Of a stretch of 64,000 bases of DNA, positions 33,566 through 45,637 are shown piece after piece. Every line of letters begins with the position of its first letter. Position 1 is the stretch's first letter. Source of the DNA: Vulcanimicrobiota bacterium (GTDB taxonomy: Bacteria > Vulcanimicrobiota > Vulcanimicrobiia > Vulcanimicrobiales > Vulcanimicrobiaceae); contig OY970223.1 in assembly GCA_963714015.1 (NCBI GenBank), forward strand, positions 2,304,001 through 2,368,000, given 5' to 3'. The notes beneath the pieces are model-generated. The model was given only the letters and a program-made list of their open reading frames with translations, did not search any database and was not told where the DNA came from. The position numbers and the translations under genes are program-made.

Positions 33566-34708
33566 CTAGACGGCGTCCTGGGCCGGCTCAGCGATCCGGC
33601 CGAAGAATTCGAAGGTGTTTTTTCCGCTCTGCTTAGCCCGGTAGAGCGCCTCGTCGGCGCAGAAAAATAGGGTCTGTCCGTCGGTCCCGTCGCTCGGGAA
33701 CATCGCGACGCCGATGGAGCTTTGCAGGCCGTTCCTGCGCAATGCCGAGATGATCCGCTCTACGCCTCGCTCGGCCGCTTCACGATCGGTTTTCGTCATG
33801 ACGACCACGAATTCGTCGCCCGCATAGCGCGCTACGATGTCGCCCTTGCGCGCGGTCTTCTTGAGCACGTTGGCAAAGCGTTTGAGCGCCAGGTCTCCCA
33901 GACTGTGACCTCCGGAGTCGTTGATCTTTTTGAGATCGTCGAGATCGAGGATCACGAAGGCAAACGGCGAGTCGTACCGTTCGGAGCTGTGCAGCTCCCG
34001 ATCCAGCATTTCGGCCAGAGCGCGCCGGTTCGGAATGCCCGTCAAACTATCGGTGAGCGCTAGACGCTGCGTCTCTTCGAGCAGGCGGCGGGTTTCCTCG
34101 TACAGGCGGGCGTTTTCAACGGCGATGGCCGCCTGCGCCGCAAAATCGAGCAGAACGCGCAGCTGGTTCTCGGTGATTTGGGCCGAGGGCGGATCGTCTA
34201 CGTAAAGCATGCCGCGAACCACATCGCGAGCGACCAGCGGCGCAATGCAGTAAGCCCCTCGCGTATCTTCCAAAGGGCGATCGGAATCGGTCTCGTGCCC
34301 GAATGCGACCTGCAGCACGCCGGAAGCGACGTCTTGCAGCGTTGAATCGGAAAGGTAGTCGAACGCTTCGTCCGCATGCGTCACGACGCCGGTCGCGTCG
34401 CCTTCGAGCCGTCGCACGACGGTGCCGCCATCGTCGACGTCAAAGAGAATCACCCGGTTGAATTTGAGCGCCTCGCAGACGCCGCGGAGCACCATCGACA
34501 GAATGTCGTTGATGTCGAGCGTGGAATTGATCGTGGAGAATACCTGCTGCAGAACGAAGAGTTCCGCGTTCTGCTGCGCGTACTCGTCGCGTTCGGCTTC
34601 GAGTTCAGCAACGCGCGATTGCAGGCGTTCGACCTCCGCATGGAGGACGGCCCGCTCGTCGCCTTCGCTCTCGGGCTGGGCGCCCGCGGACAGGTTCAAT
34701 CCCACCAA
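33566..34708 (-). CDS. GAF-GGDEF diguanylate cyclase
   Basis: Coiled coil plus GAF; DSLTGIPNRR, RKGD I-site, AGDEF active site. Confidence 0.9.
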   Translation of the reverse strand: MVGLNLSAGAQPESEGDERAVLHAEVERLQSRVAELEAERDEYAQQNAELFVLQQVFSTINSTLDINDILSMVLRGVCEALKFNRVILFDVDDGGTVVRRLEGDATGVVTHADEAFDYLSDSTLQDVASGVLQVAFGHETDSDRPLEDTRGAYCIAPLVARDVVRGMLYVDDPPSAQITENQLRVLLDFAAQAAIAVENARLYEETRRLLEETQRLALTDSLTGIPNRRALAEMLDRELHSSERYDSPFAFVILDLDDLKKINDSGGHSLGDLALKRFANVLKKTARKGDIVARYAGDEFVVVMTKTDREAAERGVERIISALRRNGLQSSIGVAMFPSDGTDGQTLFFCADEALYRAKQSGKNTFEFFGRIAEPAQDAV

Positions 34709-34779
34709 TATGGTAACGTCTTAATCCGTCTCTTTCTTTAGGTTAACAACCGTTTCTTTAAGGGGTCAGTCGCCTTCCG

Positions 34780-37700
34780 GTGAGCCAGTTCGTCCACCTC
34801 CACGTTCACAGTGAGTACTCTCTCCTGGACGGGGCCTGTCGCGTCGACCGGCTTTGCGAGCGCAGCGCCTCTCATGGAAGCCCGGCGGTAGCACTGACCG
34901 ACCACGGCGTCATGTACGGCGCGATGGAGTTTTACTACACGGCCCGCGACTTCAAGCTTACGCCGATCATCGGATGCGAAGCCTATATCGCCCCGCGCGG
35001 ACGCCTCGACCGTACGGTGCGCGACGAAGCGCACGTGACGCTGCTGGCCGCGGACGTCACCGGTTACAGAAACTTAACAGCTTTGATCTCCAAGGGTTTT
35101 CTGGAGGGCTATTACTACAAGCCGCGGATCGATCTCGATCTGCTTGCCGAGCACAACGAAGGCCTCATCGTGCTTTCGGGCTGTATGTCCGGCATGGTCG
35201 CCTCGCCGCTGCTCAAGAACGACTACGAACGTTCCCTGCAGGCGGCCAAGACGTTCGAGCAGATCTTCGGCGACCGGTTTTACATCGAAGTGATGCGCCA
35301 CGGGATGCCGGAAGAAGAAGTCGTCAATCGGGGTCTCGTCAAAGTGGCGCGCGAGCTCAATCTGCCCCTCGTGGCGACCAACGATTCGCACTACCTGGAT
35401 CAGCGCGACGCCCCGGCGCACGACGTACTGCTCTGCATCGGAACCGGAAAAACCGTTTCGGATACGAGCCGCATGAAGTTCTATTCGGATCAGTTTTACG
35501 TAAAGAGCGATGCGGAGATGCGCGAACTTTGGGCCGATTTACCGGAAGCGTGCGACAATACGGTCGAGATCGCCAAGCGCATCGACATTCGGATTCCGGA
35601 GAAGATCTTCCATCTGCCCGCGTACCCGGTCCCGCAATCGGAGCGCGCGGCCGAAAAGACCGCGGAGGAGTTTCTGCTCGAAATCTGCGAGCAAGGGCTG
35701 GTCGAACGTTACGGTGCGGACCGGGCCGCAAACGACGCAGCGCTGCGCGAGCGCTTTGAATACGAGCTCGGCATCATCAACAAGATGGGGTTTGCCTCGT
35801 ATTTCCTCATCGTTTGGGACTTCATCAAATACGCTCGCGACAACGAGATACCCGTCGGCCCGGGCCGCGGTTCGGCGGTCGGCTCGGTCGTCTCGTATTG
35901 TTTGAAGATCACGGATCTGGACCCGCTCAAGTACAAGTTGATCTTCGAGCGTTTTCTCAATCCCGAGCGCATTTCGATGCCGGACATCGATACCGACTTC
36001 TGCGTCGAACGGCGGGACGAAGTCATTCGCTACGTTACCGAAAAATACGGATCCGATCGGGTCGCGCAGATCGTGACGTTCGGAACGATGGCTGCCCGTG
36101 CCGCAATTCGCGACGCCGGACGCGCACTGGGCGTGCCGCTGCCCGACGTGGATAGGGTCGCGAAGATGATTCCGTCAGGCCCGGGCGGCCTGTCCATCGC
36201 GCAGGCGCTCGAGCAGCTTCCCGATTTGAAGATGCTTTACGCCGGCTCGCCGGAGATCCGCAGACTGCTCGACACGGCCAAAGCGATCGAAGGGCTCGCG
36301 CGCAACGCCGGAACGCACGCCGCCGGAGTCGTCATTTCCGCGGGACCGCTGATGGAATACGCGCCCCTCGCCAAGAGCGAGGCGGGCGTCAACACTCAAT
36401 ACGACATGGTCTGGGTGGAGAAGATCGGTCTGTTGAAGATGGATTTTCTCGGTTTGCGCAACCTGACCGTCATGAAGGACGCGGTCGAAGAAATACGCCG
36501 CACTACGAGCCCTCATTTCGACATCGCGAAGATTCCCGACGACGACCGTCGCACGTACGAAATGCTCAGCCGCGGCGAGACGATGGGCGTCTTTCAGCTC
36601 GAATCCGAAGGAATGGTGCGCGTCTGCTCGGAGCTCAAACCGTCGGATTTCAACGACATCATCGCGCTCGTCGCGCTGTACCGTCCGGGTCCGATGGAGT
36701 GGATTCCGCAGTATATCAGCAACAAGCACGGCCGCACGAAACCGACGTATCTGCACCCCAAGCTCGAACCGATTCTCGGTGAGACCTACGGCATTGCCTG
36801 CTATCAGGAGTCCGTGATGCAGATGGCGCGCGACATCGCCGGGTTTACGATGGGCGAAGCGGACGAACTGCGCAAAGTCATGGGCAAGAAGCTCAAGGAC
36901 AAGATTCCGTTCTACCGGGACAAGTTCATCACCGGCTGCAAGGAACACTCGGACATCGAGGAACCGCTGGCCGCGAAGATCTTCGAGTTCATCGAACCGT
37001 TCGCGGGATACGGGTTCAACAAGTCGCACGCCGCCGCATATGCATGGGTCGCCTATCAGACCGCATATCTGAAGGCGAACCATCCGCTGCAGTACTTCTG
37101 CGCGCTCATGACCTCGGTCAAAGACAAAACCGACAAGCTCGTCGAGTACATCGAAGAAGCCAAGAAGCTCGGCATTGCGGTGCTTCCGCCGGACGTCAAC
37201 CAGTCGCTCATCGACTTCGCGGTCGTCGGCAGCGAAATACGATTCGGGCTCTCGGCGATCAAGGGCGTCGGCGAAGGCGCCGTGCGCATCGTGCTGAACG
37301 CGCGGGAGTCGGACGGTCCGTTTCAGGATATCTTCGAACTCGCCAAGCGCGTGGACACCAAACAAGTCAACCGGCGTGTCTTCGAAGCGCTGATCAGGTG
37401 CGGCGCCCTGGACTGCCTGCCCGGGAATCGCGCGCAAAAACTCGCCGCCCTCGACCTCGCGCTCGAGATCGCCGCGGCCGAATCGCGCGATGCTCAACTC
37501 GGTCAAGTTTCGTTGTTCGGCGATGCACCGGCGGCATTGGCGGGCTTGACGCCGACGCTGCCTGCGGTGGCGCCTCCGAATACGATGCAGACGCTGCAGT
37601 GGGAGAAGGAGACGCTCGGAATCTTCGTCTCCGGGCACCCGCTTGCAGACGTTGCCGAAGCGCTGGCGCGCACCGGCGCAATTCCGGTAAAAGATCTGCG

Positions 37701-38223
37701 GGCGCGAGAAGACGACAGCTTCGTAACCGTTGCCGGAATGGTAACCAACGTCCGGCGCACGCTGACCAAAGCCGGCCAGCAAATTCTCATCGCGCAGATC
37801 GAGGACACGACAGGCACGGTGGACGTCATCGTCTTCGCAAAACTCTATCCGCAAGTGCAGGGCCTGTTCGAACAGGATCGCATCCTTATCGTCAAAGGCC
37901 GCCTGCGCATGCGCGAGCGTCCCGGAGCAGCAGGTGAGGAAGGGCCGCTCGAGCTTTCCGTCGGCGCGAACGATGTTCAGGCGTTCGAACGCCCATTGCG
38001 CCCCGCGCAGCCGGCGGGCTGGCACGTAATCGTTGCCACGCGCGATCAGGTCGACCGCCTGGCCGCAATTCTGGACGAATGGCCCGGCACGGTCCCCGTC
38101 ATGGCCCGCATCGCAAATCGCACGCAGCGTCTGCCGCGAGGAATTGCCGCCGACTACCGCGTCCAAACGGAGCTGGAGCGCGTATTCGGAGCGAGCAATG
38201 TGCGCGAAGGCTTACCGCAATGA
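34780..38223 (+). CDS. dnaE: DNA polymerase III alpha subunit
   Basis: HLHVHSEYSLLDG, GPGRGS, MPDIDTDF, YGFNKSH; no intein seen. Confidence 0.99.
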   Translation: MSQFVHLHVHSEYSLLDGACRVDRLCERSASHGSPAVALTDHGVMYGAMEFYYTARDFKLTPIIGCEAYIAPRGRLDRTVRDEAHVTLLAADVTGYRNLTALISKGFLEGYYYKPRIDLDLLAEHNEGLIVLSGCMSGMVASPLLKNDYERSLQAAKTFEQIFGDRFYIEVMRHGMPEEEVVNRGLVKVARELNLPLVATNDSHYLDQRDAPAHDVLLCIGTGKTVSDTSRMKFYSDQFYVKSDAEMRELWADLPEACDNTVEIAKRIDIRIPEKIFHLPAYPVPQSERAAEKTAEEFLLEICEQGLVERYGADRAANDAALRERFEYELGIINKMGFASYFLIVWDFIKYARDNEIPVGPGRGSAVGSVVSYCLKITDLDPLKYKLIFERFLNPERISMPDIDTDFCVERRDEVIRYVTEKYGSDRVAQIVTFGTMAARAAIRDAGRALGVPLPDVDRVAKMIPSGPGGLSIAQALEQLPDLKMLYAGSPEIRRLLDTAKAIEGLARNAGTHAAGVVISAGPLMEYAPLAKSEAGVNTQYDMVWVEKIGLLKMDFLGLRNLTVMKDAVEEIRRTTSPHFDIAKIPDDDRRTYEMLSRGETMGVFQLESEGMVRVCSELKPSDFNDIIALVALYRPGPMEWIPQYISNKHGRTKPTYLHPKLEPILGETYGIACYQESVMQMARDIAGFTMGEADELRKVMGKKLKDKIPFYRDKFITGCKEHSDIEEPLAAKIFEFIEPFAGYGFNKSHAAAYAWVAYQTAYLKANHPLQYFCALMTSVKDKTDKLVEYIEEAKKLGIAVLPPDVNQSLIDFAVVGSEIRFGLSAIKGVGEGAVRIVLNARESDGPFQDIFELAKRVDTKQVNRRVFEALIRCGALDCLPGNRAQKLAALDLALEIAAAESRDAQLGQVSLFGDAPAALAGLTPTLPAVAPPNTMQTLQWEKETLGIFVSGHPLADVAEALARTGAIPVKDLRAREDDSFVTVAGMVTNVRRTLTKAGQQILIAQIEDTTGTVDVIVFAKLYPQVQGLFEQDRILIVKGRLRMRERPGAAGEEGPLELSVGANDVQAFERPLRPAQPAGWHVIVATRDQVDRLAAILDEWPGTVPVMARIANRTQRLPRGIAADYRVQTELERVFGASNVREGLPQ

Positions 38224-38419
38224 TCGTACGGCCCTCTGGTGCCGGCCGGCGGGGCATCGGGTCACAGGGATATCTGACATTTTTCGCCCGGCCATGGATG
38301 GCCGCTTCAAAACTTCGTTGCGCGAAAAATGCAGCTGAGCAGCAATTCGACACGATGTCGAATTGCGAGCGGCCCTGTGATCCGATGCCCCGCCGGCCGG
38401 CACCAGAGGGCGATACGAT
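38223..38419. repeat. 197-bp palindromic (MITE/REP-like) element
   Basis: 47-bp inverted arms (38223-38269 and 38373-38419, 44/47 match) enclosing further hairpins. Confidence 0.85.
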
Positions 38420-38446
38420 TGCCGGCGCAAGCGGAGCCGGTCCGCT

Positions 38447-39259
38447 ATGAGAACGGCGATCGAACCAAGGTTGGTCGCGTTCGATCTCGACGGGACGCTG
38501 CTCGGGCGAGATTTGCTCGTGCGGCCGCGGGTCTTTTCTGCGATAGAACGGATGCTCGAGCGAGGAGTGCAAGGATGCGTGGTAACCGGGCGGATGTACC
38601 GCGCGACCGTGCCGTTCGTTCGTGAAGTGCGTTTTAGCGCGCCCGTCGTGTGCTATCAGGGCGCCGCGGTGATCGATCCGAACACAGACGAAGTGCTGCT
38701 CGACACGCCCCTGCCGAACGCGGAAGCGATGGCGCTCGTACAGTACGCGCAGGCGAACGATTTGCATCTCCAGCTGTACGCCAACGATCGATATTACTGC
38801 GAGCATCGCAACCGCCATTCGGATCTCTACGCCCGGATTTCGGGCGTAGAACCCATCGTGGTCCCGTCTCTGCGCGCGCAGTTCGAATTTTGGGACGCTA
38901 CGAAGGCCGTGATTATCGCCGATCCCGCCGTCGTGCTGCAGCATCTGCCGCTCGTGAAGGCACTGCTCGGGGGACGCGCGTATGTCACTCGCAGCATGCC
39001 CCAATTCCTCGAGGTCATGGACGCAAGCGTCGACAAGGGAAAAGCGCTGGCCGTGGTGGCGGACCGGCTGCAGATTCCGCTCGCCGAGGTGATGGCTATC
39101 GGTGATTCGTGGAACGACGCGCCGCTGCTCGAGTCGGCGGGTTTCGGCGTTGCAATGGGATCGGCGCCCGCGGAACTGCGCGAGATCGCAGACGCGGTGG
39201 TCGCCGACGTTCTCAACGACGGTGTTGCCGAAGCGATCGAGCGTTTCGTCCTGGCATGA
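38447..39259 (+). CDS. Cof-type HAD-IIB hydrolase
   Basis: FDLDGTLL, TGR, KGKAL, GDSWND. Confidence 0.93.
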   Translation: MRTAIEPRLVAFDLDGTLLGRDLLVRPRVFSAIERMLERGVQGCVVTGRMYRATVPFVREVRFSAPVVCYQGAAVIDPNTDEVLLDTPLPNAEAMALVQYAQANDLHLQLYANDRYYCEHRNRHSDLYARISGVEPIVVPSLRAQFEFWDATKAVIIADPAVVLQHLPLVKALLGGRAYVTRSMPQFLEVMDASVDKGKALAVVADRLQIPLAEVMAIGDSWNDAPLLESAGFGVAMGSAPAELREIADAVVADVLNDGVAEAIERFVLA

Positions 39260-40002
39260 CGGCGCGAAAGAACACTCGTCGCAAAACGGCCGCAATTTCG
39301 CGAATGCGGCCGTTCTGGCTGCTGATTGCCGTGCTCGGCGTTGCCGCTGCGGCAGCTGGCTACTGGGCCGCGACGTGGCCGGGCTTCTATCCCGGCACGG
39401 TGGGCGTCAGCGGCAATCACGTCGTTCCGGCCGAGCTTATTCTGGAGCGTGCTGCGATCGCTCCGCGGCAAAATGTTTGGCTGCAGAACATGCACGCAGC
39501 CGCGCAACGCGTCGCGCAGATTCCGTACGTCGGCGAAGCGCGCATTCATCGGCTCCTACCGGATCGCGTGCGGATCGACGTGACGGAAAGGTCCCCGTAC
39601 GCGCTCGTGCAGTTCACCGAGGGCACTGTGGTCGTCGACCACGATCTTCGCGTCCTGCAAACGGGCGAGATCGATCGCTCCCTGCCGCTGCTCGATGTCG
39701 GCGACGACGCATTGCCGGTTCCCGGAGTCTTCATCAAGGATCCCAAAGCCGCCGAGCTGCGCGATGACGAAGACGTACTGCGCGCACAGCATGTCGCCAC
39801 GGAGCAGTTCCGCTACGATCGCTTCGGCGATCTCGTGGTAACCATGCGCGGCGGCGTTCGATTGCTGCTGGGCGACGATGCGGATCTGGCGCAGAAGGCC
39901 TCGCTCGTCGGTCCGATCCTCTCCCAAGTGGCCGCCCAGGGAAGAAAGATCTCCGCGGTCGATCTTCGCGCGCCGGGAACGCCCGTCGTCGTCTACAAGT
40001 GA
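39256..40002 (+). CDS. ftsQ: FtsQ/DivIB-type POTRA cell division protein
   Basis: Basic N-terminus, one TM helix, VSGN...IPYV...RLLPDRVRIDVTER, C-terminal VDLR. Confidence 0.85.
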   Translation: MTARKNTRRKTAAISRMRPFWLLIAVLGVAAAAAGYWAATWPGFYPGTVGVSGNHVVPAELILERAAIAPRQNVWLQNMHAAAQRVAQIPYVGEARIHRLLPDRVRIDVTERSPYALVQFTEGTVVVDHDLRVLQTGEIDRSLPLLDVGDDALPVPGVFIKDPKAAELRDDEDVLRAQHVATEQFRYDRFGDLVVTMRGGVRLLLGDDADLAQKASLVGPILSQVAAQGRKISAVDLRAPGTPVVVYK

Positions 40003-41269
40003 GCCGGCCGCCGCACATACCCCCGAACGTCGTCATTTTGGCGTTCGAGGGCCCGGACCGCTATTCCATGATCGGCGGACTGGGTGTGCGCGCCACGGAG
40101 CTGGCGCTCGCGCTGGGAGAGAACGGATTCAAGACGACGTTGATCTTCGTGGGCGATCCCGAAAAGGCTCCGGTTGAAGGCTTCGCGCCAAACGTCGAGC
40201 TGCGCCGCTGGTGCCAGTGGATTTCGAAATATCATCCGGGCGGCGTCTATGACGGCGAGCACGGAAAGATCGACGACTACGCGCAAAGCGCGCCGGCGTT
40301 CATCGTTTCGGAGATCGTGAAACCCGCGCACCGGCGAGGTGAACGGGTGCTCGTTCTCGCCGAAGATTGGCAGGTCGTCCCGGCGGTGCTGCGCTTGGAT
40401 CGGGCACTTGCCGAGGCCGGTCTGCGCGGTGCAGCCAGCGTGGCTTGGAACGCCAACAACACCTACGGATTCGAAACCATTGATTGGGCCGCGCTCGCGC
40501 GGGCGGCGCACATCACGTGCGTGAGCAAGTACATGAAATTCGAGCTCGGCCTGCTCGGTGTCGAAGGCGTGGTGATTCCAAACGGCATTCCTCCGGCGCT
40601 TTCGAAGACCTCGAGCGAACGCGACGTGCTGGTCCTTCAGCGCGCGATGCGCGGACGCAGGACGCTGCTCAAAGTCGGGCGCTTCGATCCGGACAAACGC
40701 TGGATGCAGGCCGTCGACGCGCTCGCGCAGCTTCGGGCCGCCGACGTGAAGGTTCAGCTCCTCGTGCGCGGCGGGAAAGAACCTTACGGACGGACGATCT
40801 TCGAACGGGCGCGGACGCGCGGGCTCTCCATTTCGGAGGTTACGCTCGCCGAATCGACGGCCGATCAATTGGCGCATGCAATAGCTCAGCAAACCGCCGA
40901 CATCGTCAACCTGCGCAGCTTCTTCCAAACGAAACACTCTACGCGTTGTACGGCGCGGTCGACGGCGTGCTGGCGAACAGCGGTAAGGAGCCGTTCGGCC
41001 TAGTGGGTCTGGAAGTGATGGCTTGCCGCGGCATTCCCGTCTGCGGCTCAACGGGCGAAGATTATGCGCGCCCCTTCGAAAACGCCATCGTCTGCGACAC
41101 GGGCGATCCGGGCGAACTGGCGGCGAATCTGCAGCTGCTCTTTCACGACAAATCGCTCGCGCGCCGCATTCGCAAGCGGGCGCTCAAAACCGCACGGCAA
41201 TATGCGTGGCCGAAAGTGTTCGATTTGATGGACGTTAAATTAGCGTTTCTCGAGGGCGTCAGACCTTGA
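39999..41269 (+). CDS. GT4 glycosyltransferase, frameshift near 40924
   Basis: [16 protein letters not shown]; second frame [12 protein letters not shown]. Confidence 0.88.
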
Positions 41270-43760
41270 CCAGTTCCTCGATTCGCATCGCCATCGCATC
41301 CGCATAACGGGTGGCCGTCTCCGTGGTGCTGCCCTCGGAGATGACGTTGAACGTCGGCTCGGACGCGTCGGGAAGCACCAACACCCATCCGTTGTCGCGC
41401 GTCACGCGTAAGCCGTCGTAGAGTTCGATTTGATTGTTCCGCTGCTCGTTGATCAACGTGCGCATGATGCGGCCTTTGTGTTCCCAAGGGCAGGCGACGC
41501 TGCGCGCAGCCATTTGCCAGTCCGGGAGCATGTCGACGAATTCGCTCAAAGGGCGTTTTTCTTCCGCGAGCAGCTCCAGCGTCTTTGCTACCGCATAGAG
41601 TGCGTCCAGCGCCGGGTGCAGTTCCGGAAAAACGAACTCGAAGTTGGCGCTGCCTGCAAATGCGAGCGACTTCCCCTCGCGTTCGGCTAATGCCATTAGG
41701 GTGCGGCGGTCGCTTCGGGTCTGCGTTACGCGCGCGCCCTGAGCACGCGCGGCCTCTTCAATCGCCTTGGGCGCCGTCACGGGAAGCGCGATGTTGGCGT
41801 TCGGGTAGTTTCGCACGACCAGGAGGGTCAGCAGCGCCAAAAGGCGGTTGCCGGTGATGATCCGTCCGGTGTCGTCGACCAACGCGAAGGTCTCGCCGTC
41901 GTGGTCGACGAGAATGCCCAGATCGCGCTTTAGCGTCAAAACGATGTCGCGCAATTCTTCCAAATGCCGGTCCCGCGCGCGTTCGTCGATGCGGACGCGG
42001 CTGTCGTCGAAGTACGCGTTGAGCGCTATCATATCGACACCCAGCCGGCTCAGCAGGCGCGGCAGCACGAGCGCGGCGTTGCCGTTGGCGTAGTCAATCG
42101 CGATCCGGAAATGCGATTGCGGAAGCGCCTTGGCATGAAGCGCCTCGATGTACGCGCTCCCGTAGTTCTCCAGAACGCGCGAGGGAAAATCGAGCAGTCC
42201 CACCTCGTCCATCGGCGTACGCCGGAAATCTTCGCGGAAAAAGAGGTTTTCGATCTTTCGTTCGGTCGCTTTATCGACGTTGATCCCGTTTCCGTCGAAG
42301 AACTCGAAAAGCAGCGAGTTGGGGTCGTTCGGCGAGAGGCGTACGTGGACGCAGCCATCGCCTTCGGCGCGGGTAGCGAAGCGTGAAATGGGCAGCGGGA
42401 AAGACCGCAAATCCTCAACGTGTATGCCGGTGCTGAGCAGTCCCGAAATGATGCAGCGGTTCATGACGCGGCTGACCGGGTGCGTGTCGCGGCTCGTCAT
42501 GACCACCTGCCCGTGCTTGAGATACGTTCCGAACGCTTGCCCGAGTTTCGTAGCGTACTCCGGCGTGATTTCGAGGTTCGCCAGACCGCTTACGCCCGCA
42601 CCGCCGAAGAGCGAACCGGGCCACTTGATCCCGTAAATCAGGGACATCGAAACGATGGAACCGGAGCTGATCGTCTTGTCGGGCCAGATCTTCAAGTTGG
42701 CGCGAATGGTCGAACCGCTGCCGATGTTGCAGCGCTCGCCGATGACGGTTCCTTCGCCTACGGCGGCGCGATCCTTGACGATGGTTCGGCCGGCAATCGT
42801 GCAATCCACGAGACTCGCGTCGGGACCGATGTAGACGTCGTTCCAGACGATGGCGCGCTCGATCTGCGCGCCGGCGGAAACCGTGCAATTATCGCCGATG
42901 CACGATGGACCGTCGATCGTCGCGCCTGGTCCGACCTGCACGTTCTTGCCCAAGCGCACCGGCCCCACGATTCGCGCTGTGGGATCGATCCGCGTTCCGT
43001 CGCCTGCAAAGACCTTCGGCGTCACTTCGCTGCCGGCGCCTTCGAGCCGAATCAGTCCGTTCAGTGCGTCGTAATTGGCTTGCTGGTACTGCTGCAGATT
43101 TCCGACGTCGGTCCAATAGTCGCCGGTAACGTAACCGCCGATGCGCTTTCCTTCACGCAGCAGCCGCGGAAAGATGTCTTTGGAGAAATCGTAGATGCCG
43201 CCGCGTTCCATGTAGTCGAATATTTCCGGGCGCAGCACGTAGATGCCGGTGTTGATCGTATCGGAGAAGACCTCACCCCAGGACGGTTTCTCCAGAAAGC
43301 GGGTAATCCGGCTTTGCTCGTCGGTGATGACCACGCCGAACTCGAGCGGATTAGAGACGCTTTGGAGTGCGATGGTCGCCGCATTGCCCTCGCTCCGGTG
43401 CCGCGCAATCATTTCGCCGACGTTCAGATTGGTCAGCGCATCGCCCGAGATGATGAGGAAGGAATCGTCGCGCAGGCGGTCTTCAGCCATCTTTACCGCA
43501 CCGGCCGTCCCGAGCGGCGTGTCTTCGACGACGTACGACATGTGGACGCCCATGCGCGTGCCGTCGCCGAAATAGCTCTCGATCTCATCGGCCAAATAAT
43601 GCAGCGTTGCGACGATCTCCGTGATCCCGTGCTGCCGAAGCAGATCCACGATGTGGTGCATGACCGGACGGTTCGCGATCGGCGCCAGAGGTTTGGGCAA
43701 ACGTGAGGTGAGCGGGCGCAGACGCGAACCTTCGCCTCCCGCCATGACCACGGCTTTCAT
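41259..43760 (-). CDS. Mannose-1-phosphate guanylyltransferase fused to a phosphomannomutase-like domain
   Basis: [13 protein letters not shown]...PKP, EKP, hexapeptide repeats, C-terminal PMM-like region. Confidence 0.92.
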   Translation of the reverse strand: MKAVVMAGGEGSRLRPLTSRLPKPLAPIANRPVMHHIVDLLRQHGITEIVATLHYLADEIESYFGDGTRMGVHMSYVVEDTPLGTAGAVKMAEDRLRDDSFLIISGDALTNLNVGEMIARHRSEGNAATIALQSVSNPLEFGVVITDEQSRITRFLEKPSWGEVFSDTINTGIYVLRPEIFDYMERGGIYDFSKDIFPRLLREGKRIGGYVTGDYWTDVGNLQQYQQANYDALNGLIRLEGAGSEVTPKVFAGDGTRIDPTARIVGPVRLGKNVQVGPGATIDGPSCIGDNCTVSAGAQIERAIVWNDVYIGPDASLVDCTIAGRTIVKDRAAVGEGTVIGERCNIGSGSTIRANLKIWPDKTISSGSIVSMSLIYGIKWPGSLFGGAGVSGLANLEITPEYATKLGQAFGTYLKHGQVVMTSRDTHPVSRVMNRCIISGLLSTGIHVEDLRSFPLPISRFATRAEGDGCVHVRLSPNDPNSLLFEFFDGNGINVDKATERKIENLFFREDFRRTPMDEVGLLDFPSRVLENYGSAYIEALHAKALPQSHFRIAIDYANGNAALVLPRLLSRLGVDMIALNAYFDDSRVRIDERARDRHLEELRDIVLTLKRDLGILVDHDGETFALVDDTGRIITGNRLLALLTLLVVRNYPNANIALPVTAPKAIEEAARAQGARVTQTRSDRRTLMALAEREGKSLAFAGSANFEFVFPELHPALDALYAVAKTLELLAEEKRPLSEFVDMLPDWQMAARSVACPWEHKGRIMRTLINEQRNNQIELYDGLRVTRDNGWVLVLPDASEPTFNVISEGSTTETATRYADAMAMRIEELVKV

Positions 43761-45637
43761 CTCACCTCTGCGCTGCGCGCCCTTCGCAGCGCGTCCACAA
43801 TCGTGGAAAAACGGACGTCATCTTTCATTGATTCGACCGGCAATTGCAGCTTCCGGCGCCAGTTCGGCATCCCGCTCGTAGTTCCGGGGACGTTCACGGG
43901 CACGGCTTGCAGAAGCGCGTCCTCCATTTGCAGCAGCACGACGCCTGCTCGCGTTCGCGCAAGCGTTCGATAAACTGACGAGACGAAATCCAAGTCGGTC
44001 CCCTCCGCTCCGGAATCTTCCAGCAGACTCCGGAGTCGATCGCGGCTGTGCGCGTCCTGCGCATGCCAATACCCAAGAAGCGGCGGAAGATCGTGCGTTC
44101 CGGTGCTGACGACGGCGTCGTGCGGGTACTCCCGAGGATCGCGGAACGCGCCGCCGTCCTCACGTTCGAAGTACAGCAGCCGGCACGAGAAAATTCTGCG
44201 CCGCGCCATGTGCTCGCGAAATCCGGGCGGTACGGTACCCAGATCTTCGCCCACGATCATGCACCGGTTGAGCCGGCTCTCCAGCGTCAGAATGCCGGCT
44301 AAGTCGTCGAGCGGAAAGTCGACATAGGCGCCCTCGGTCGCCGGCGCTCCGGCCGGTATGCAGAACAGGCGGCGCAGGCCCATGACGTGATCGATCCGCA
44401 GCGCACCGGCATGGCGCATGTTGGCGCGGACGACGTCGATGAACGGCCGGTACGCGCGATCGCGAAGCGCATGCGGATTGAATGGCGGCAATCCCCAGCT
44501 TTGCCCTTCCGTATTGAGCTCGTCCGGCGGCGCTCCGGCGGAGATACCCAAACAGAAAGCGCCCTTGTCCGCCCATACGTCGACGCTGTTTGCATCGACG
44601 CCGACGGCCAAATCACGGTAAAGGCCGATTTGCATCCCTTTGGCACAGTCGGCCGCTTTTGCCAATTGGACGTCCGCGAGCCACTGCAGAAAACAGTAAA
44701 AGTCGAGTTCGGCGGCATGGTCGCGGCCGAACTGCAGCGTTTGCGGCGAGTCGGGATTTTGATAAGGCGCCGGCCACTGCAGCCATCCATAAGAGTTGGG
44801 GTCTGCTTCGCGAAAATGCGCGTTCAGCGCTTCGTAAAGCGCCATGCGGCGCAGTGATTCACCTTGCCGGGTTTTGAACGAGGAGAATTGCCGTGCTTGC
44901 CGCGTTCCCGGCTTCCGCTGCAAAAACTCCGCGTGCATACGCGTCAGCGCCCCAATCTTTAACGCCGCGACCGCAGGATAGTCTACGAGCGGTTCTGCGC
45001 GAACGCGCTGCAGATCGGTTTGGGTAACCGCCGGGGGCGTGCACTTAAGCATCGCGGCGGCAGCGCCCACGTCGACGTAGAGCGCGTTGAGATGCAGGCG
45101 GCTGAGCGGAGAATAAGGACTGCAGGCCGCGGGATTAGCCAGGTGCAGTTGGTGCAGCGGATTCAGCCCTACCGCTGCGGCGCCGCTCCGGCGGGCGAGG
45201 GCGGCAAAGCGCGCCAGGCTTCCGAAATCGCCCATTCCCCAATCGCTCGCGGAACGCAGCGAGTAGAGCTGCAGCGTGAAGCCCCATGCGCGCGAGTGCT
45301 CTGCAGCGGCGCAAACGTACGCATTAGGAGGAACGGCGACGATGGTCGCGCTGTTGCCGCCGAACTCGCGCACGTGATAGCCTAGCGCAAAGGTCGCGTT
45401 CTTTCCGGCGAGCATCACACCTGCGCCGGCCGCGACGACGTATACGGGGCCCAACGCACGATCGCGACGGGCGGTAAACTCGTGCAGGGCGAGCGCAGCG
45501 TCGCGATCCGTTTCGGCCTCGAAACCCATTGCCCGCAGGATAGCTATCTTGGTCTCGCGCGAGACCGTTTTGACGCGGCCGAAATAGTCGGTATACGAGG
45601 GGGATATCCCGGCGGCACGCGCGAGCTCCTCAATCAT
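43757..45637 (-). CDS. malQ: 4-alpha-glucanotransferase
   Basis: [38 protein letters not shown]. Confidence 0.95.
   Translation of the reverse strand: MIEELARAAGISPSYTDYFGRVKTVSRETKIAILRAMGFEAETDRDAALALHEFTARRDRALGPVYVVAAGAGVMLAGKNATFALGYHVREFGGNSATIVAVPPNAYVCAAAEHSRAWGFTLQLYSLRSASDWGMGDFGSLARFAALARRSGAAAVGLNPLHQLHLANPAACSPYSPLSRLHLNALYVDVGAAAAMLKCTPPAVTQTDLQRVRAEPLVDYPAVAALKIGALTRMHAEFLQRKPGTRQARQFSSFKTRQGESLRRMALYEALNAHFREADPNSYGWLQWPAPYQNPDSPQTLQFGRDHAAELDFYCFLQWLADVQLAKAADCAKGMQIGLYRDLAVGVDANSVDVWADKGAFCLGISAGAPPDELNTEGQSWGLPPFNPHALRDRAYRPFIDVVRANMRHAGALRIDHVMGLRRLFCIPAGAPATEGAYVDFPLDDLAGILTLESRLNRCMIVGEDLGTVPPGFREHMARRRIFSCRLLYFEREDGGAFRDPREYPHDAVVSTGTHDLPPLLGYWHAQDAHSRDRLRSLLEDSGAEGTDLDFVSSVYRTLARTRAGVVLLQMEDALLQAVPVNVPGTTSGMPNWRRKLQLPVESMKDDVRFSTIVDALRRARSAEVR

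Noticed and set aside
36175..38166. 663-aa antisense ORF, and similar ones at 42420-43706, 24417-25673 and 47600-48829
   Set aside because: Antisense shadows of GC-rich genes with no recognisable motifs.
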